64,000 bases of DNA from NCBI GenBank assembly GCA_031835245.2, contig JAVKOQ020000091.1, positions 1 through 64,000 on the forward strand, read 5' to 3'. The stretch comes from Balamuthia mandrillaris. Lineage: Eukaryota. Positions 1-12,749 of this stretch are shown in pieces. Each line of letters begins with the position of its first letter. The stretch's first letter is position 1. A program made the position numbers and the translations under genes. The notes under the pieces are model-generated. The model did no database searches. It was not told the DNA's origin and saw nothing but the letters and a program-made list of their open reading frames with translations.

Positions 1-1084
1 GGTAACAAGGAACATCACTTTCAGCATGCTCCAAGAAAACAGGAGGTTCTACCGGAGCCGTCTCCTTCGTATTCTTTCCTTCATCTCCGTCTTCATCATC
101 ACCCCCACCAAAGTTGACCGTTCTTCTTTTGTTGCTGTCCTCTGCTTTCTTCGGGGAAGAAGGAAGGGCATCAGCAGAGATACCACCTCCAACTTCCACG
201 TTGTACTCTTGCAAATCCGCTTGAATAAGCAAAGCATGTTCTCCTTCTCCTCCTCCTTCTGTATCAGCAGAAGGAAGAGTGTTTGCCCACTCACGAAGCG
301 AACCGCCTTCCCTCAATCGCACAAACTGTCCTTTTCCCTTTGGTCCTCCCGTTTCTTTGTCTTCCTCCTCCTCTTCCTCCTCTTCCTCCTCTTTTTCTCT
401 CTTCCCTTTCTTCAGGTTCTTCTTGTTCTTTTTCATGGTGGTTTGTCGGAGTTTGGAGGATGGAGAGGAAGACGAAGACGAAGACGAAGAAGAAGAAGAA
501 TGCGCAGAGGGAGCACTCCCAGCGATGCTGCTCCCCGAGCGATAGCGATAGCTCTTGGTGTGTCTATTCGACTTGGAGGCAGCCTCACTCATGTCCACCG
601 GAGCGGCCGCTGTTGAAGCTGCTGAAGCTGCTGCAGCAGTCGTAGTGGAGACGGGATAGTTCACCTCGATGTCATCTTGGGCGACGGCGGGCTTCACGTT
701 GGATGACTTGGAGAAGGTGAGCAACCGCTGTTGGTGGCGAATGTGGGGGGAGGACAGGCTTTGGGCCAGCAATTTTTTGGTCCTGCCGGTGAAGAAGTTG
801 GTGAAGCCGCTGCGACTGCCGGTCAGTTTCCTGGTGTAGTTGAACGCGGAGGCGAGGCGTGAAATGGGTTCCTGGTCGCTGTTCTCTTCGGAGCCGATCG
901 CCTCCTCCTCCTCCCCCGCCGAGGCAGCAAAATCAGCCGTGCGGAGAGAGAACCAGTGTTGCAGCAGGGAGGGAGGCTTGACTTGGCTGGTGAGGACGAA
1001 CTGGTCTATTTCCTCTTTGAGCTGGGCAAAGGCCTCTTGGCTGGTTTGGCTGCCGCCGCCTCCTTTCCTCGGCTTTGTACTCAT
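1..1084 (-). CDS. Uncharacterised protein, N-terminal part (runs off the window)
   Basis: ATG at 1084 opens a frame read by hand to position 1 without a stop (MSTKPRKGGGGSQTSQEAFAQLKEEIDQFVLTSQVKPPSLLQHWFSLR...). Coding-like composition, with Ser and Glu tracts; no recognisable domain. Confidence 0.7.
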   Translation of the reverse strand, partial: MSTKPRKGGGGSQTSQEAFAQLKEEIDQFVLTSQVKPPSLLQHWFSLRTADFAASAGEEEEAIGSEENSDQEPISRLASAFNYTRKLTGSRSGFTNFFTGRTKKLLAQSLSSPHIRHQQRLLTFSKSSNVKPAVAQDDIEVNYPVSTTTAAAASAASTAAAPVDMSEAASKSNRHTKSYRYRSGSSIAGSAPSAHSSSSSSSSSSSSPSSKLRQTTMKKNKKNLKKGKREKEEEEEEEEEEDKETGGPKGKGQFVRLREGGSLREWANTLPSADTEGGGEGEHALLIQADLQEYNVEVGGGISADALPSSPKKAEDSNKRRTVNFGGGDDEDGDEGKNTKETAPVEPPVFLEHAESDVPCY

Positions 1085-1211
1085 CACCCTCCCTCCTCCT
1101 CCTCCTCCTCCTTAATATTTTCTTTTCTTTTCTTTTTTTGATCCTCAATTAATTTTGTTTATATCGTGTCGTCACGGAGGAGAAAAGTACTACCCAGAAG
1201 AACGTGGCCGT

Positions 1212-1700
1212 GAACAAGAAAGAAGAAGAAGAAGAAGAAGAACAAGAACAAGAACAAGAAGAAGAACAAGAACAAGAACAAGAAGAAGAACAAGAACAAG
1301 AAGAAGAAGAAGAACAAGAAGAAGAACAAGAAGAAGAAGAAGAACAAGAACAAGAAGAAGAAGAAGAACAAGAACAAGAACAAGAACAAGAACAAGAACA
1401 AGAACAAGAAGAAGAAGAAGAAGAAGAAGAACATGAAGAAGAACAAGAAGAAGAAGAACAAGAAGAAGAAGAACAAGAACAAGAACAAGAACAAGAAGAA
1501 CAAGAACAAGAACAAGAACAAGAAGAAGAAGAACAAGAAGAAGAAGAAGAAGAAGAACATGAAGAAGAACATGAAGAAGAACAAGAAGAAGAACAAGAAG
1601 AAGAAGAATAACAAGAACAAGAAGAAGAAGAACAAGAAGAACAAGAACAAGAACAAGAACAAGAAGAAGAACAAGAACAAGAACAAGAAGAAACAAGAAA
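1212..1700. repeat. Long compound (GAA/CAA)n microsatellite
   Basis: About 490 nt of near-pure GAA and GAACAA units; source of many spurious ORFs. Confidence 0.97.
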
Positions 1701-1975
1701 CAAAAAGGAGAACGAATTAGGAATCAAGGGCCACAAGAATCAAGAAAAAAAAAAGCACAAGATAGGAAGGGGGAAGGAGGAAGGCGAATGGAGAATAGAA
1801 GAGGGGAAGGAGAAGCAGAAATTTGAAAAGAAAAATAAAAACAAAATGAAAGAGTAAAACGAGGAGAAGAGAAGGAAAAACAACAGTAGACAGCAAACAA
1901 ATAACACAACAAACAAACATAACGTTAAAAAAAACAGTTATTTGTTTCTCGGTATTCCATGTCCCCAAAGAGCTC

Positions 1976-2434
1976 TCAATCCCTCAAAATCTGTTCAGCG
2001 TCCAACTGCAAGTCAGCCGGCACATGCGGCGTCCTCTCCGCAACGATCCTCTCGGCAAAAGGGGCGGGCCGGAAGGACTTGTAAAACTTTTGCTGGGTGT
2101 ACTCCTGGGCTTGCTTCAGGCCAAGGGCTTGTTTGTCCCGGTATTCCTCCGTCCAGACGCCCAACCAATAGCCAAGCCCTCCAAAGAGAATGTGACGAGG
2201 CATATCTGTTGTGTTCGGAGTGGATGGAGGGATGGATTGAACTTTAGGTCAGCAAGGTAAATTTTTTTTTAATCTGAAGGAGGATGGAAGGACGGAAGGA
2301 CGGAAGGAGAAAGAAAGAAAGGGGAAAGGGCATGACATACTCCTCCAAAGAGGACGGTGGATGGTTGCGTTTGTTAAGAGGGAGGCGCTGAGGCCGGTGA
2401 GAGCGTAGAAGGCGGTCGTGAGCGTCAAAGCCAT
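1976..2434 (-). CDS. NDUFC2: Complex I accessory subunit NDUFC2 (B14.5b)-like, 2 exons
   Basis: Exons 2434-2340 and 2205-1976 (GT..AG) give MALTLTTAFYALTGLSASLLTNATIHRPLWRNMPRHILFGGLGYWLGVWTEEYRDKQ... This is the two-TM 'N..RPL..P..H...G.GYWL' pattern of plant/fungal B14.5b. Confidence 0.7.
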
Positions 2435-2720
2435 TTGTCCTCTCTTCCTACTTTTTGCTGCTGTTGATCGTTTTTTTTCCCCTTCGTCGCTACTTTTGTC
2501 GACGAATATTGGAGTGCGTTGAGGCCTTCCTGGCAGCAAAGTTCTGTCCACAGGAGCATCTAGCACCTGAGGGCGAAAATCATTGGACGATTTTGTTCGT
2601 AAACGAAGCACAACTCGATTCCTTTCGGCGGGTGAACTACCCGCAAAAATTCACACCAAGTCGCAAAAGAGAGAAAAAAAAAAGTAGTAGAAAAAGAAAG
2701 AGTAGCACGCACACACAAAG

Positions 2721-3228
2721 ATGAGTTCTTCCCTGCTGGTCGCTTCTATGAGGAGGGGAGCCGCCTCCCCCGCTTTGCTCAGGAACAGCCTTCCGCTGCG
2801 CGGTCATGGCGCCCACTGGAAAGACGGCTGGCTTCAACCTGAGCCCGTTGGCTCTGTACGTAGTTTTCGATTTATTTATTTATTTTGGTCACTTCAATCA
2901 TTAGTTCAATCTTTGAATTTTATTATTTTCGTGTCTGTGTCTCACTCTACACCTTTCTTTTTTATAAAAAAAAAATTAAGACTTTGCCATTCTATACCGG
3001 CTCTGGTTATATCGCTACTCGTTCTGCAAAAAAGCTGTTTGCGGGCATGTCTCTTGGCTTCGTTATCCCCCTCTTCGCTTGCTGGTGGTCCAAGTATCCT
3101 TTTTTTTTTCTAACCCTTTCCTTCTCCTTTTCCTCTCCTTTTCCACCCGATCCCTCCCTCGTTATTTTGTTTAAGTTCTTCCTTCACTCTGTTTTTTTTT
3201 TTAAAGCCGTACTGCTGGTGAGTCCTAA
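2721..3228 (+). CDS. COX7C: Cytochrome c oxidase subunit VIIc-like, 3 exons, mitochondrial presequence
   Basis: Arg/Ser-rich presequence followed by H..W...EPVGS|TLPFYTGS...KKLFAGMSLGFVIPLFACWWSN|RTAGES*. Matches the COX7C 'G.NLPF....F..PF' pattern. Confidence 0.7.
3094..3206 (+). other. Candidate U12-type GT-AG intron (COX7C-like intron 2)
   Basis: 5' site GTATCCTTT; branch-like TTCCTTCAC at 3179-3187, about 19 nt before the AG. Confidence 0.65.
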
Positions 3229-3461
3229 AAGCAGAACATACACATCCAAAGGAATGATTTCCTCCCTGCACCACTGCTGCTACTCTTCCTTTCTTTCTTC
3301 TTCACTCCTTCCAATTGTTTATTAGCTCTCTGTTCCTTTTTGTTGAACGAAGAAAAGGGATGGGTAGCATTGGTTGGTTTGTTGTTTGCAAACAAAAAAA
3401 AATTCTCACATGCATAGCCTTACTCCTACAAGTCAGTCAGAGGATCTCTCTTCTTCTTCCT

Positions 3462-4347
3462 TTACTCCTTGCTCTCTGCTGCTTGTGCTACAGCGGTACC
3501 AGAAGCTGACGAAGACAAAGGCGATGCAACCGACGACGAAGCAGCCGCCGCTCCCACCACCGCCGCCGCCGCCATCATCGCCGCTCCCACCGGGGATCCT
3601 GACCCAGAAGCGGATGAACTGGCGGGCGTGCCCGGCGGAGTGGCCACCGTGGTAATATGCCCCGTCGCACTTATTCCGCTATTACTCTGCTGCAGCAAAC
3701 TTCCTCCGCCCGCTGCACCTCCGCCGCTGATCGTGGCCTTGGGCTCGTTCCTCCTCCACACCTCCCCCAAGAAGTTTGCCTCATCCTCCCTTCCCACGCT
3801 GAACTTCTCGGCAAACTCCGCCACGTACCTGCGGCGGGTGGGGTAGGGGTGCTCATACCCTTGCATGATGTTGCGCACGTATTGGTTGGCGTTGATGGCG
3901 GTCTGGCGCACCAGCAGCCCCAACACTTTTTTGCTGAGGACCATGCCGTCCAGGACCGGGCCGAAGAGGGCCACTTTCTCCTTACGAAAGACTTGGGTGC
4001 GGAAGAGCCCGTTTCGCAGTGGGTATATAACTGTTTTTATATAGGTAGGTGAGATGAGAGAAGACGATGAAGAAGAAGAAGAAGAAGAAGAAGAAGAACA
4101 AGAAGAAGAAGAAGAACAAGAAGGGAGAGCAGAGAAGATAAGAGAGGAGCAGAGAGAAGAGAAAAAGTGAGGGAAAAAAAAAAAAAAAAAAGACGAACCG
4201 ATATGAGCATCGTTGAACTGACTGGTAATGGTAAGAGGGCGATAGTCGCGAGAGTGCTCGCTGTAGACGATGTGCACTATGTCATTGCCAACGTGGCGTT
4301 TCTATTCATACATTTTTTTTTTCGTTACTTCGAAGAAAGAACACGCA

Positions 4348-4394
<47 letters not shown>

Positions 4395-6637
4395 AAAGAG
4401 AGACCAACCTTGAGAATCTGTTGACGGTCCTCCGGATCAGTCGGCATGGAGGTGATGTCGTGCAGGATGAGCTCCAAGCGATGGTCGGCATAGTAGGGCG
4501 TGTCCTCTCCCGTGCTCAGCAGAATGCGATCCAATCCTCCCAAGTAGCCCAAGTGGTGCTTGAGGCGGGTGGTCCACGCCACGCTCTCTATAAAGTCGGT
4601 GTAGAGGGGAGAGCGGGACTCACGGTCGTTGCGGAGGATCACTTGTTGGGTCTCCTGACCCTCCTTCACATAAATGACTCCCACCTTCAAGAGCTCACGT
4701 CTGTTTGTTTTCGAACGGACAAAGAAAATGAACAAGAAGAAGAAAGAAAAAAAAGAAGGAAAAGGAACATACACAGAAGCTTTATCGAGTTGGGACAAGC
4801 TTCTACGAACTTTCTCGTTGGCCTGTACGAGGGTGATGTCAGGCATTTGGAAGAACGTGTTTTCGTTCTCCTCCACCGCCAAAAAGCCTAAATGACTGAG
4901 CAAAAGTCTGCAGCTGTGGAAAGCGGGACTCCAGCCAGGTGCCGTTGGTGCACGTGGTTGTATAGCGTAACTGCCTAATTTCCTGGTATAACACAACATG
5001 ACCACTGTCAACCAAAGTAATGGGAGAAAGACGAAGAAAAAGAAGAAGAAGAAGAAGAAGAAGAACAAGAACAAGAAGAAGAACAAGAACAAGAAGAACA
5101 AGAAGAACAAGAAGAACAAGAAGAACAAGAAGAAGAAGAAGAAGAACGAAGAATAAAGAAGAGAAGATAATAGAGCACAGAATCGAACAGACAAGCTGAG
5201 AGGAATGAGAACGAGAGAAAAAATGATAGTTACTTGAGGCTTTCGAAGGCGCCGCTGCGATCCTCTTTGGCTTGGACTAAAAGCTGCTGCTCATAGGTCC
5301 TAAAGTCTTTCTGGAACTGCTCTTCGGCAGGGGCAGGAATGTTCAACGCATTTCCATAGCTGGGCAAACAATCTGTATGCTTCTCCCCTAAACTGTTGAT
5401 CAACAGTGGTCAGTGAAGCAATAGGGGAAGAAGAGAAAGAGGGAAACAGAGAAGAGAGAGAGAGAGAGAGCAATACTATTTGAGGAGTTCTTCCAGCTTG
5501 TCTATGCCACTTTCATCAACCTCTGCTGAATAGAAGGGTGCCACAGTCTTGTTCCTCTTATAAGTGGCGGACTTTTTGGGTGTCCTTGGTGCCTCTCCTC
5601 CTCCACTGCTCTTACCAGCAGAAGAAGAGGACGAGGAGGAAGAGGGCGCAGGTGGAATGAAGAGGGAAGGACATGCCTCTACAGGAACAAGCGGAACCAG
5701 CTTGTCAAACGCCAAACAGGACTCCCACGAGTACTTACCAGTGGGGTCACGCAGAATGATCCTTGCCCTCAGGGGAGAGGCTCCAAAGCCTCTGTTCGAG
5801 GCGGAGTTCGATCCTCCAAGAGAGCCTGACCTGGAAGAGAGAGGAGAGGAAGAGGCTCTGTTGCTCTTCTTTCCTCCTTTCTTTTTCTTTTTGCCGCCAC
5901 TTCCATCCTTTGAAGACTTGCCACTGCCAGTGAGCAAAGGAGGTGGCGGAGGAAGATCAGTGGGAGGCAAAGGTTGAAGGCTGATGATGGACCACCCGTT
6001 CCAGATGTAGTAGAGACACTTGGACATATCGGTCTCCTCCTCGTCCTCGTGCTCTTTGAGAACAGAGTGCATGATCACGGGGCCTTCCTTTGGCGGGAAC
6101 AAATTGAAGTGGTTGTTGAGGGTGAAGAGCAGCGTTTCGGCGCCCATGCGAATGGACTGAGAGCGATGCGAAGGTGAAGTATGAAGGCTGCTAAACATCG
6201 CCCAGAAAGAAGTAAATGCAGAAGAGGAGGAGGGAGGCGAAGGAGGAGGTTGAATGTTTTCAGAGGAAGAAGAGGGAGTAATGGTGAGTTGGTTGCTCTC
6301 CCCAGAGGCAGTAGGGGAGGAAGAAGCCAGAGAGGAAGAAGAGGCAGAAAGCTTTTGGCCAAAGAGGCAGAGTTCGATGGCTTCAAACAGGGCACGAGCC
6401 CTTGAGGCATCGTTGAACAGATCGGTTGGGGCTAGAATGATCCAGTCCAGCAAGACTTGAAGGTGTTTGGTCACTAACTTTTCGGCCAGGTCTTTCTCTG
6501 TCTCTGAGGTCGTTTGTGCATAAGCAGTCATTTTGTTCGTTACATTGCAAATAAGAGTCGAAATGACACTTAACGGCAAATTCTTGAAGAAAGAAGCAAG
6601 AAAGAATGTCAGAAGAAGAATAGAAATAAAAAGAAAA

Positions 6638-6670
<33 letters not shown>

Positions 6671-9255
6671 AACTGGATTGAGAAGCATGAGAGCATCGTA
6701 AGTTTTGCTCACAGTGTTCAGCGAATCACAGGCACTGTCCACAACTGCGCTGTCCTCAAAGGTGGTCATTGATAGAATGCGTTCTACCCACATCTCAACG
6801 CTCGCTTTCCTATGTTTTTTTTCAAAGTTAAGAAGGGACAGAGAGAAAAGAAACAGATGGAATAGGAGAGGAGTACGATGGGTGATCAGCGGCCAATTCT
6901 TCCACAATAGCCACAGAGAGGCCCCAAAGGCACATTATTTTCATTTCCTGGGAGGAACCCGGCAAAGACAGCGTATCACACAGAATAGTCGATACTTTCT
7001 CTTTGGCCTTAGAGCACAAACACACAAAAATAATCATATGTGAGGTTACTGCATCAAAAATAGAAAACAATCAGAGAGATAGGGTGAAGGCTACCAGTTC
7101 GCATGAGAACTTGGTTTGTTTATCGTGTTCGTCTTTAGTGAACAAAGGTATTTCCACGCCTTGCAGATGAGGAGTCAAGCATATCAAGGAGCATACAATG
7201 GTCAGAGCCTTACGTTGCACAAGGGCCGATGGTGCCGGCTTTGGATTACCGAACAGCTTTTATAACCAAATAAATGGGCAGATGTTAATCTAATCGTTGT
7301 GTTCTCTCTCTCTCTCTCTCTCTCTCGATGAACGAAAAGTAGGACGGTAAGAGAAAGGTCGTACGATATAGTGGATAGCATCCAAATATGCTGGAATCAA
7401 AATAGAGGAGCCTTCAAAGCCAAGTGCAAAAATATCCGATGAATATACTATAATCTCACTGGTGCATTGCGTATTCTCTGGTTCACTCAAACCCTAGCAA
7501 GACGCAAAAACATTACAAAATAAAGAAAGAAAAAAAAAGCAAAATAAAAAGAAAGCAGAAGACATACCTGAAGTAAAATGCGATAATAGTGAACCATGAA
7601 CGATAATGGAAGGCGGTTGTGGTGATGACGGCAGACAAGGCGGCCGAGAGTGGCATAAGCGTTGGCTTTTCCTGCCAAATATTTGCTTTGAAAGAAAGAA
7701 AAGAAGCCGAGATAGAAAAGAAAGTTAGTGATATTCGAATTTGACAATAGAACGAGGAAGTTTAAGTTACTCACTTAGGAAGAGCACATGCTTCAAATAA
7801 CCAAGGCCCAAATATATCCACTAGTTCCAAGGGCTTTGGCCGTGATGCTATAACAAGACACGCGTTAAATAGAAACAAGAAAGAGAAGAAAATAGGAGAA
7901 AGGCTTACTATCAGTAAGTTCCTCATATAAAGCAGAGATCTCGGCGTCGAGAAGGAGATCCATGGTGTCAGTGACGACTTGCAGAGCCTCCTTGTGCAAG
8001 TTGCTGTCTACAATGGTGTTGATTTTGTCAAAGATGCGCAGCACATTGTGCCAAGTTTGGGTGATGGTCTCTAGCGTCCATGCTTGAGCTGGACGCAACG
8101 TGGTTGTGTCCCGTCTTTAAACAAAAGCAACAAAAAACAAAGAAAGAAGAAAAGAATGAGTATTTCGTCGCTCATAATGACAATAAAAAGCTGAGCAGTG
8201 TTACCTTGCCGTGCCGGTATCCTTTATATGATCATCTGAAGTGGAACTCATATCTCCGCTGTAGCAGTTTGTTAACATGATTGAAGGCAAGAAAGAGAGA
8301 GAATGAAGGTTAACCTGGAAGTTGTGGGAGTAGAGTCAGGAGCGCCAGGCTTGCCAGGAATCTTCAGAATGAGGGGGGCGGGGTAGACCATGTCCCGGAG
8401 AGTGATGGTAAGCTTGGTGATGGCGTTACGAGCCTGTCGTATCGCAGCCATGCTGTGCTGGAACAGATCCGAAATGCCTTGGTGCAGAGCCTCCCATAGT
8501 TCTGGTTTGTCGGTGTTTACTCGAATCCAAACAAAGAGAGCAGTCTAATATGTATCCAGAAGAAATAGGAGAGAAAAAAAATAGAAGGATCAGCAGGAAG
8601 ACAACAAAAGAAAGTTCAGGAAAAAAGAAAACAGTGGATATATACCTCCACTGCAACGTCTGCAAGAGCCTCCGATAGATAGGGACAAGTTTGGTTGGTA
8701 ACAACTCCAGAGATTACCATATTCAAAAGACTGAGCAAGAGCATTTCCCTAGTAGTAGACAAAACAATGATTATTTTGTCAATTAACAATACAAACATAG
8801 CGAGAGGAGAAAGTAAGATAGAAAGATAGAAAGATAGAAAGAAACGACAAGAAAGAAACGACAAGAAAGAAAGAGAGCGTTAAAAAGGAGAAAGACGGTA
8901 ATGGGAATATTACTCTTGACGTGGATCTTCTTTGGCAGTGTCCAAGTTTTTGCGGTAGAGTTGAAGAATTTCGCGACAGACTTCGCAGTGCTGATCTTTC
9001 AGCTCTGCTGCAACAGTAAGTTGGAAAGGACGTGCAAGCCCTTCCACATAAAGCTTTTAAAAGAATAGAAATGAAGAAGAAAAGGTGAGACTTGAAAAGT
9101 GTCCCTTTGAAAAGTTAAAATAAGCTTGTTGGTAATGGTTACCTTACGATACTCAAAGATGCTGTTCTCCATTTCTTTGATGGGACTTCCCGTGGGCTTT
9201 GTGTTTTCACATATTTAGCATTATGAGAGAGTGAGAAATAGGCGGGGTGGTTAGA

Positions 9256-9307
<52 letters not shown>

Positions 9308-11042
9308 GGAGTTACCCAACAAAGCCCACGATAAACATGCAAAAACTTGCGAACGGTTCCAAAGTGAGAGGTCAAGGCCATGCCTTGCCTGTAAAAGGCC
9401 CAAAGGTAACTAAGGTTCTCCGGCGAATTGACTATGATGGCGAGTAGCTTTGCGTCTCGTGTCCACAAAGCCAATTGGTCGGCCAGTGCGTCTTGCACCT
9501 TTGCTGGACAATAAGGTATAAAACCTTCCACTAGTGGCGAGCAAATAAAGATTGATAAATATGAGAACGAGCTTTCCTCTTTTCCTTCTCTCGCTCTTTG
9601 CTTTCATTTGTTATCTTTCTTTTTCGCTTTTAAGAAGGAAGAAAGTACCACTAGACATGGAAGAGGAGGAAGCCGTAACGGCTGGATAAAATACACGGAG
9701 GAAGTAGGTCTTGAGGATGGTGAACCAAAACTCAAATGTCTTTGGGTGAGTCCCCATAAAGTCCAACATTTTAACCAGCAACTGCACGGAGCGTTCTAAC
9801 TGATTGTCCTCTCCCAAAGCACTTGGCAGGAGAACCTCGGAACGATCACCAGCTGTAAGCACAAGATAGCATTAGACAACAAGAACACGACAGGAAGAAC
9901 AGAGAGCAAAGACCAAGGAGGGCAATTAAGAGAGGGGGGAGAGGGGGAGAGAGGGAGAGAGAAACGAGAACGGGGAGGAGAAGCACGGATAAGACCAACA
10001 AATACCTTCTAAAACAGTAGCCCAGGCGCCAGTAGTGATGGTGCCATGGTAATCCTCAGCAAAGACGTTGAGGTTGATGGCGGCAGGCAGCATGGAGGCG
10101 ATGTCATCGTCCACCACGGCCAGGTTGTCCAAATATTGAAGCAACAGCTCAAAGCCGCCTACTCTTATCTTTTGCATGTTTTCCTTGTAGAGCAACTGAC
10201 GAATGAAGGAAGCTGGATTGGATGTAAACAGAACGAGCACCCAATGAGACAATGATGAGTCTTTCCCTCTTCTCTTGCTCGGTGGTCTCTAACCGATAGA
10301 GACGACAGAGCAAGGGATGCAACGAGAAGAGAACGAGAGTGCAGAAAAGAGAAAAGAGAAACGAGGCACGAAGTAGAATAAACGAGAGAGTGTACAGCTG
10401 CAAGAGGAGAGAGAGAGAGAGAACGTAAAGGAGAGCGAAAACATACCTATTCCTTGCTTTTGCCATTTGCCGGCAACTTTCTCCCTGAGCTGCACGAGTA
10501 TGGCCTTCATAAGCGTTATCAGATGGCCCAATTCCTTTGCGTCATACTTGCCTGCGTGTCACCCGAGCAAGCACGGGATGAAGGATCAGAAATAGTTTTT
10601 TGACAAAAAAGCTGCTCGCAAAAAAAAAAAAAAAAAAAAGAGAGAACCTTTTTCTTTTTTACAGGTGGCTTGGTAGGCTTCAAAGTTTTCGGCAAACACG
10701 CTGAATATTTCATCTGCTTCGGCGTTGAAGAAGCTTTCTATTTCTTGGGGTTCCTCATGAGCTCCATCTTTTAGTTTCGTTTATTTATTTATTTATTTAT
10801 TTTTTTGGAAAAAAAAACATGCATCAGCAAAAACGTTAAACGTTAAACGGGAAGAGATAAGGTCACAGAAATGGTTATCTTTATGTATATATTTTTAAAA
10901 AAAAAAAAGAGGGAAGGTTGGTACCTAGAAATGAGATGATAGACTTTAGTCGCCGTGAAGCGTCTTTTTTGTCGTCAAAGAAGACCTTGAGCTTCTTCCA
11001 CGCCTTGGGCTTCTTGTCTTTCTTTTCTTTCTTGGTGCTCAT
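3462..11042 (-). CDS. RALGAPA: Ral GTPase-activating protein alpha subunit-like (C-terminal Rap/Ran-GAP domain), multi-exon
   Basis: N-terminus KKLKVFFDDKKDASRRLKSI and QLLYKENMQKIRVGGFELLL; central ARIILRDPTGKYSW; C-terminal RapGAP domain KVGVIYVKEGQ...HLGYLGGLD...KRHVGNDIVHIVYSEH...VIYPLRNGLF...FGPVLDGMV, with the Asn thumb intact. Confidence 0.9.
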
Positions 11043-11374
11043 TTTTTTTTCTGTTTCTGTCTTTTTTTGTTTTAAACTTGTTATTGGCCTAACGAAGAAG
11101 GCAGAGAAGAGAATAGAGAGAGAGTTCCTCTTCTCTCGTTCTCTTTCTTTTATTGTTTCTTCTTTTCTCTCTTCCTTTTGTTTGGTTTTTTTAATCGAAG
11201 CGATATTTTTATTAATGGTTGTCAATAATATCAGCTAGTGATCTCCATCGAATTTTTCAAATCACCAATCGGTAATCAAAGCCCGAGGTGATCTTCACCA
11301 AAAAAACGATTTAATATTTAATACTTCGACAATAATCGTCGACTGGGACAAGCGCAAGAGGCCTCCTCTTGGGT

Positions 11375-11815
11375 TCACAGGCGAGCCTTTCGGAGGGACC
11401 AACTGGTAGGCATTTGTCCTCTGAATTTCTCCAATGCCTCTTCGCCTGCCTTGGTTAGCCTTTCCAGGTGGTGGTACACAAACGCCACGCGAAGGTAGCC
11501 CTTGGTGCTAAAGTGCCACAGCGGCTGGTCCAGCACCTCCTCCGCGAAACGGTAGTTCTGGTGGTCGGTCATTACCTCATGGACTAATGGTCTGCCGAGC
11601 TCCGCTTCCATACGGCTCCGCTCCTGACGAAGGGTGGCGTTCTTGTCCATCAGCAGCCTTCTTCGGTCCGTCAGCTTTGTCATGCCTTCATGGACAACAA
11701 AGACGTGTATCTTGTCAAGCTCTTTCTCTTTGGATGGCTCACCGACCCGAAAGTTTTCTCCTGGAGTGCCTATCAGCAACGATGCAACAGTTTTTGGGGA
11801 GGGGATAAAGTTCAT
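11375..11815 (-). CDS. Intronless orphan protein (~146 aa) ending in PTS1-like ARL
   Basis: Open frame MNFIPSPKTVASLLIG...LRKARL* with coding-like GC content and non-repetitive sequence; start codon uncertain. Confidence 0.6.
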   Translation of the reverse strand: MNFIPSPKTVASLLIGTPGENFRVGEPSKEKELDKIHVFVVHEGMTKLTDRRRLLMDKNATLRQERSRMEAELGRPLVHEVMTDHQNYRFAEEVLDQPLWHFSTKGYLRVAFVYHHLERLTKAGEEALEKFRGQMPTSWSLRKARL

Positions 11816-11965
11816 CGTCCACTGTGTCAGGTTTTGAGCTTCCTTTTGGTTTTTTGCACAAACAACCAATATGCCGTGCATGTTATAACCCACGTGGAGT
11901 CACCCTATAGGACTGTCATTGGTAAAAGAGACACAGTTAAATGGTAACAACCGCGAGGGTTTTGT

Positions 11966-12703
11966 TTATAGCTCATCATGCTTGACGCCAGCGGCAGCAG
12001 GAGCAGCAGGAGCGGTAGCAGCAGGCAGAGGGCCAGAGCTGGCGGAGCTGTACTCGCTGTTCACAAAGGAGGTGAAAGCCTCCACGGTTCGTTGTCCCTT
12101 GTAGTCAAACACCTTTCCGTCACGGATGCTATGTATCAAAAAGTGTAGACGCAGGTCGTTTAGGGAGAGGAAGAAACGAAACTAGGGGGACGGAGGAAGA
12201 ACGCAACTATTTGATGGTAGGGAAGCCCTTGATACCGAATCTCTTGGCCAAGTTCTTCTCCACGGTACAGTCAACCTTGGCAACGTTGGTCTTGCCCTTG
12301 GTGGCAAGCTCCTCCCAGGTCGGGGCTAGCTTCTTGCAGTGACCACACCACGGGGCGTAGCTTCATCCATCACAGACAAACCAAAAGGATAAGAAAGTTC
12401 ACATGAACTGAAAAGCAGAAAAGGGACGTACAATTCAACAAGCCAATCGCCAGTGGCAATCTTCTCATCAAAGTTGGACTCTGTGAGGACGATGACCTCC
12501 TTGGGGTACTCACCAACTGTCTCCTTGGCGTCCGACTTAGTCTCCAGCTTGACCTCCTCGAAAGAGGGGAAGCCAGAGGAGGAAGCGCTGGCGTAGCCGC
12601 CATTGGCGAACTCCTTGAAAGCCTCCACGGTCCTGGCTCCCTGGTATGCGTAGAGCTTGTCTCCATTTCGCCTATGTTCAAACAGAAGTGGTAAGCTCAT
12701 AGC

Positions 12704-12749
<46 letters not shown>

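Noticed and set aside
1149..1736. Multiple long ORFs (polyE/Q, polyK/N, polyS/C, polyF/L)
   Set aside because: All are translations of a stop-poor GAA/CAA microsatellite. The same applies near 20934-21380, 22486-23009, 39306-39856 and 54627-55055.
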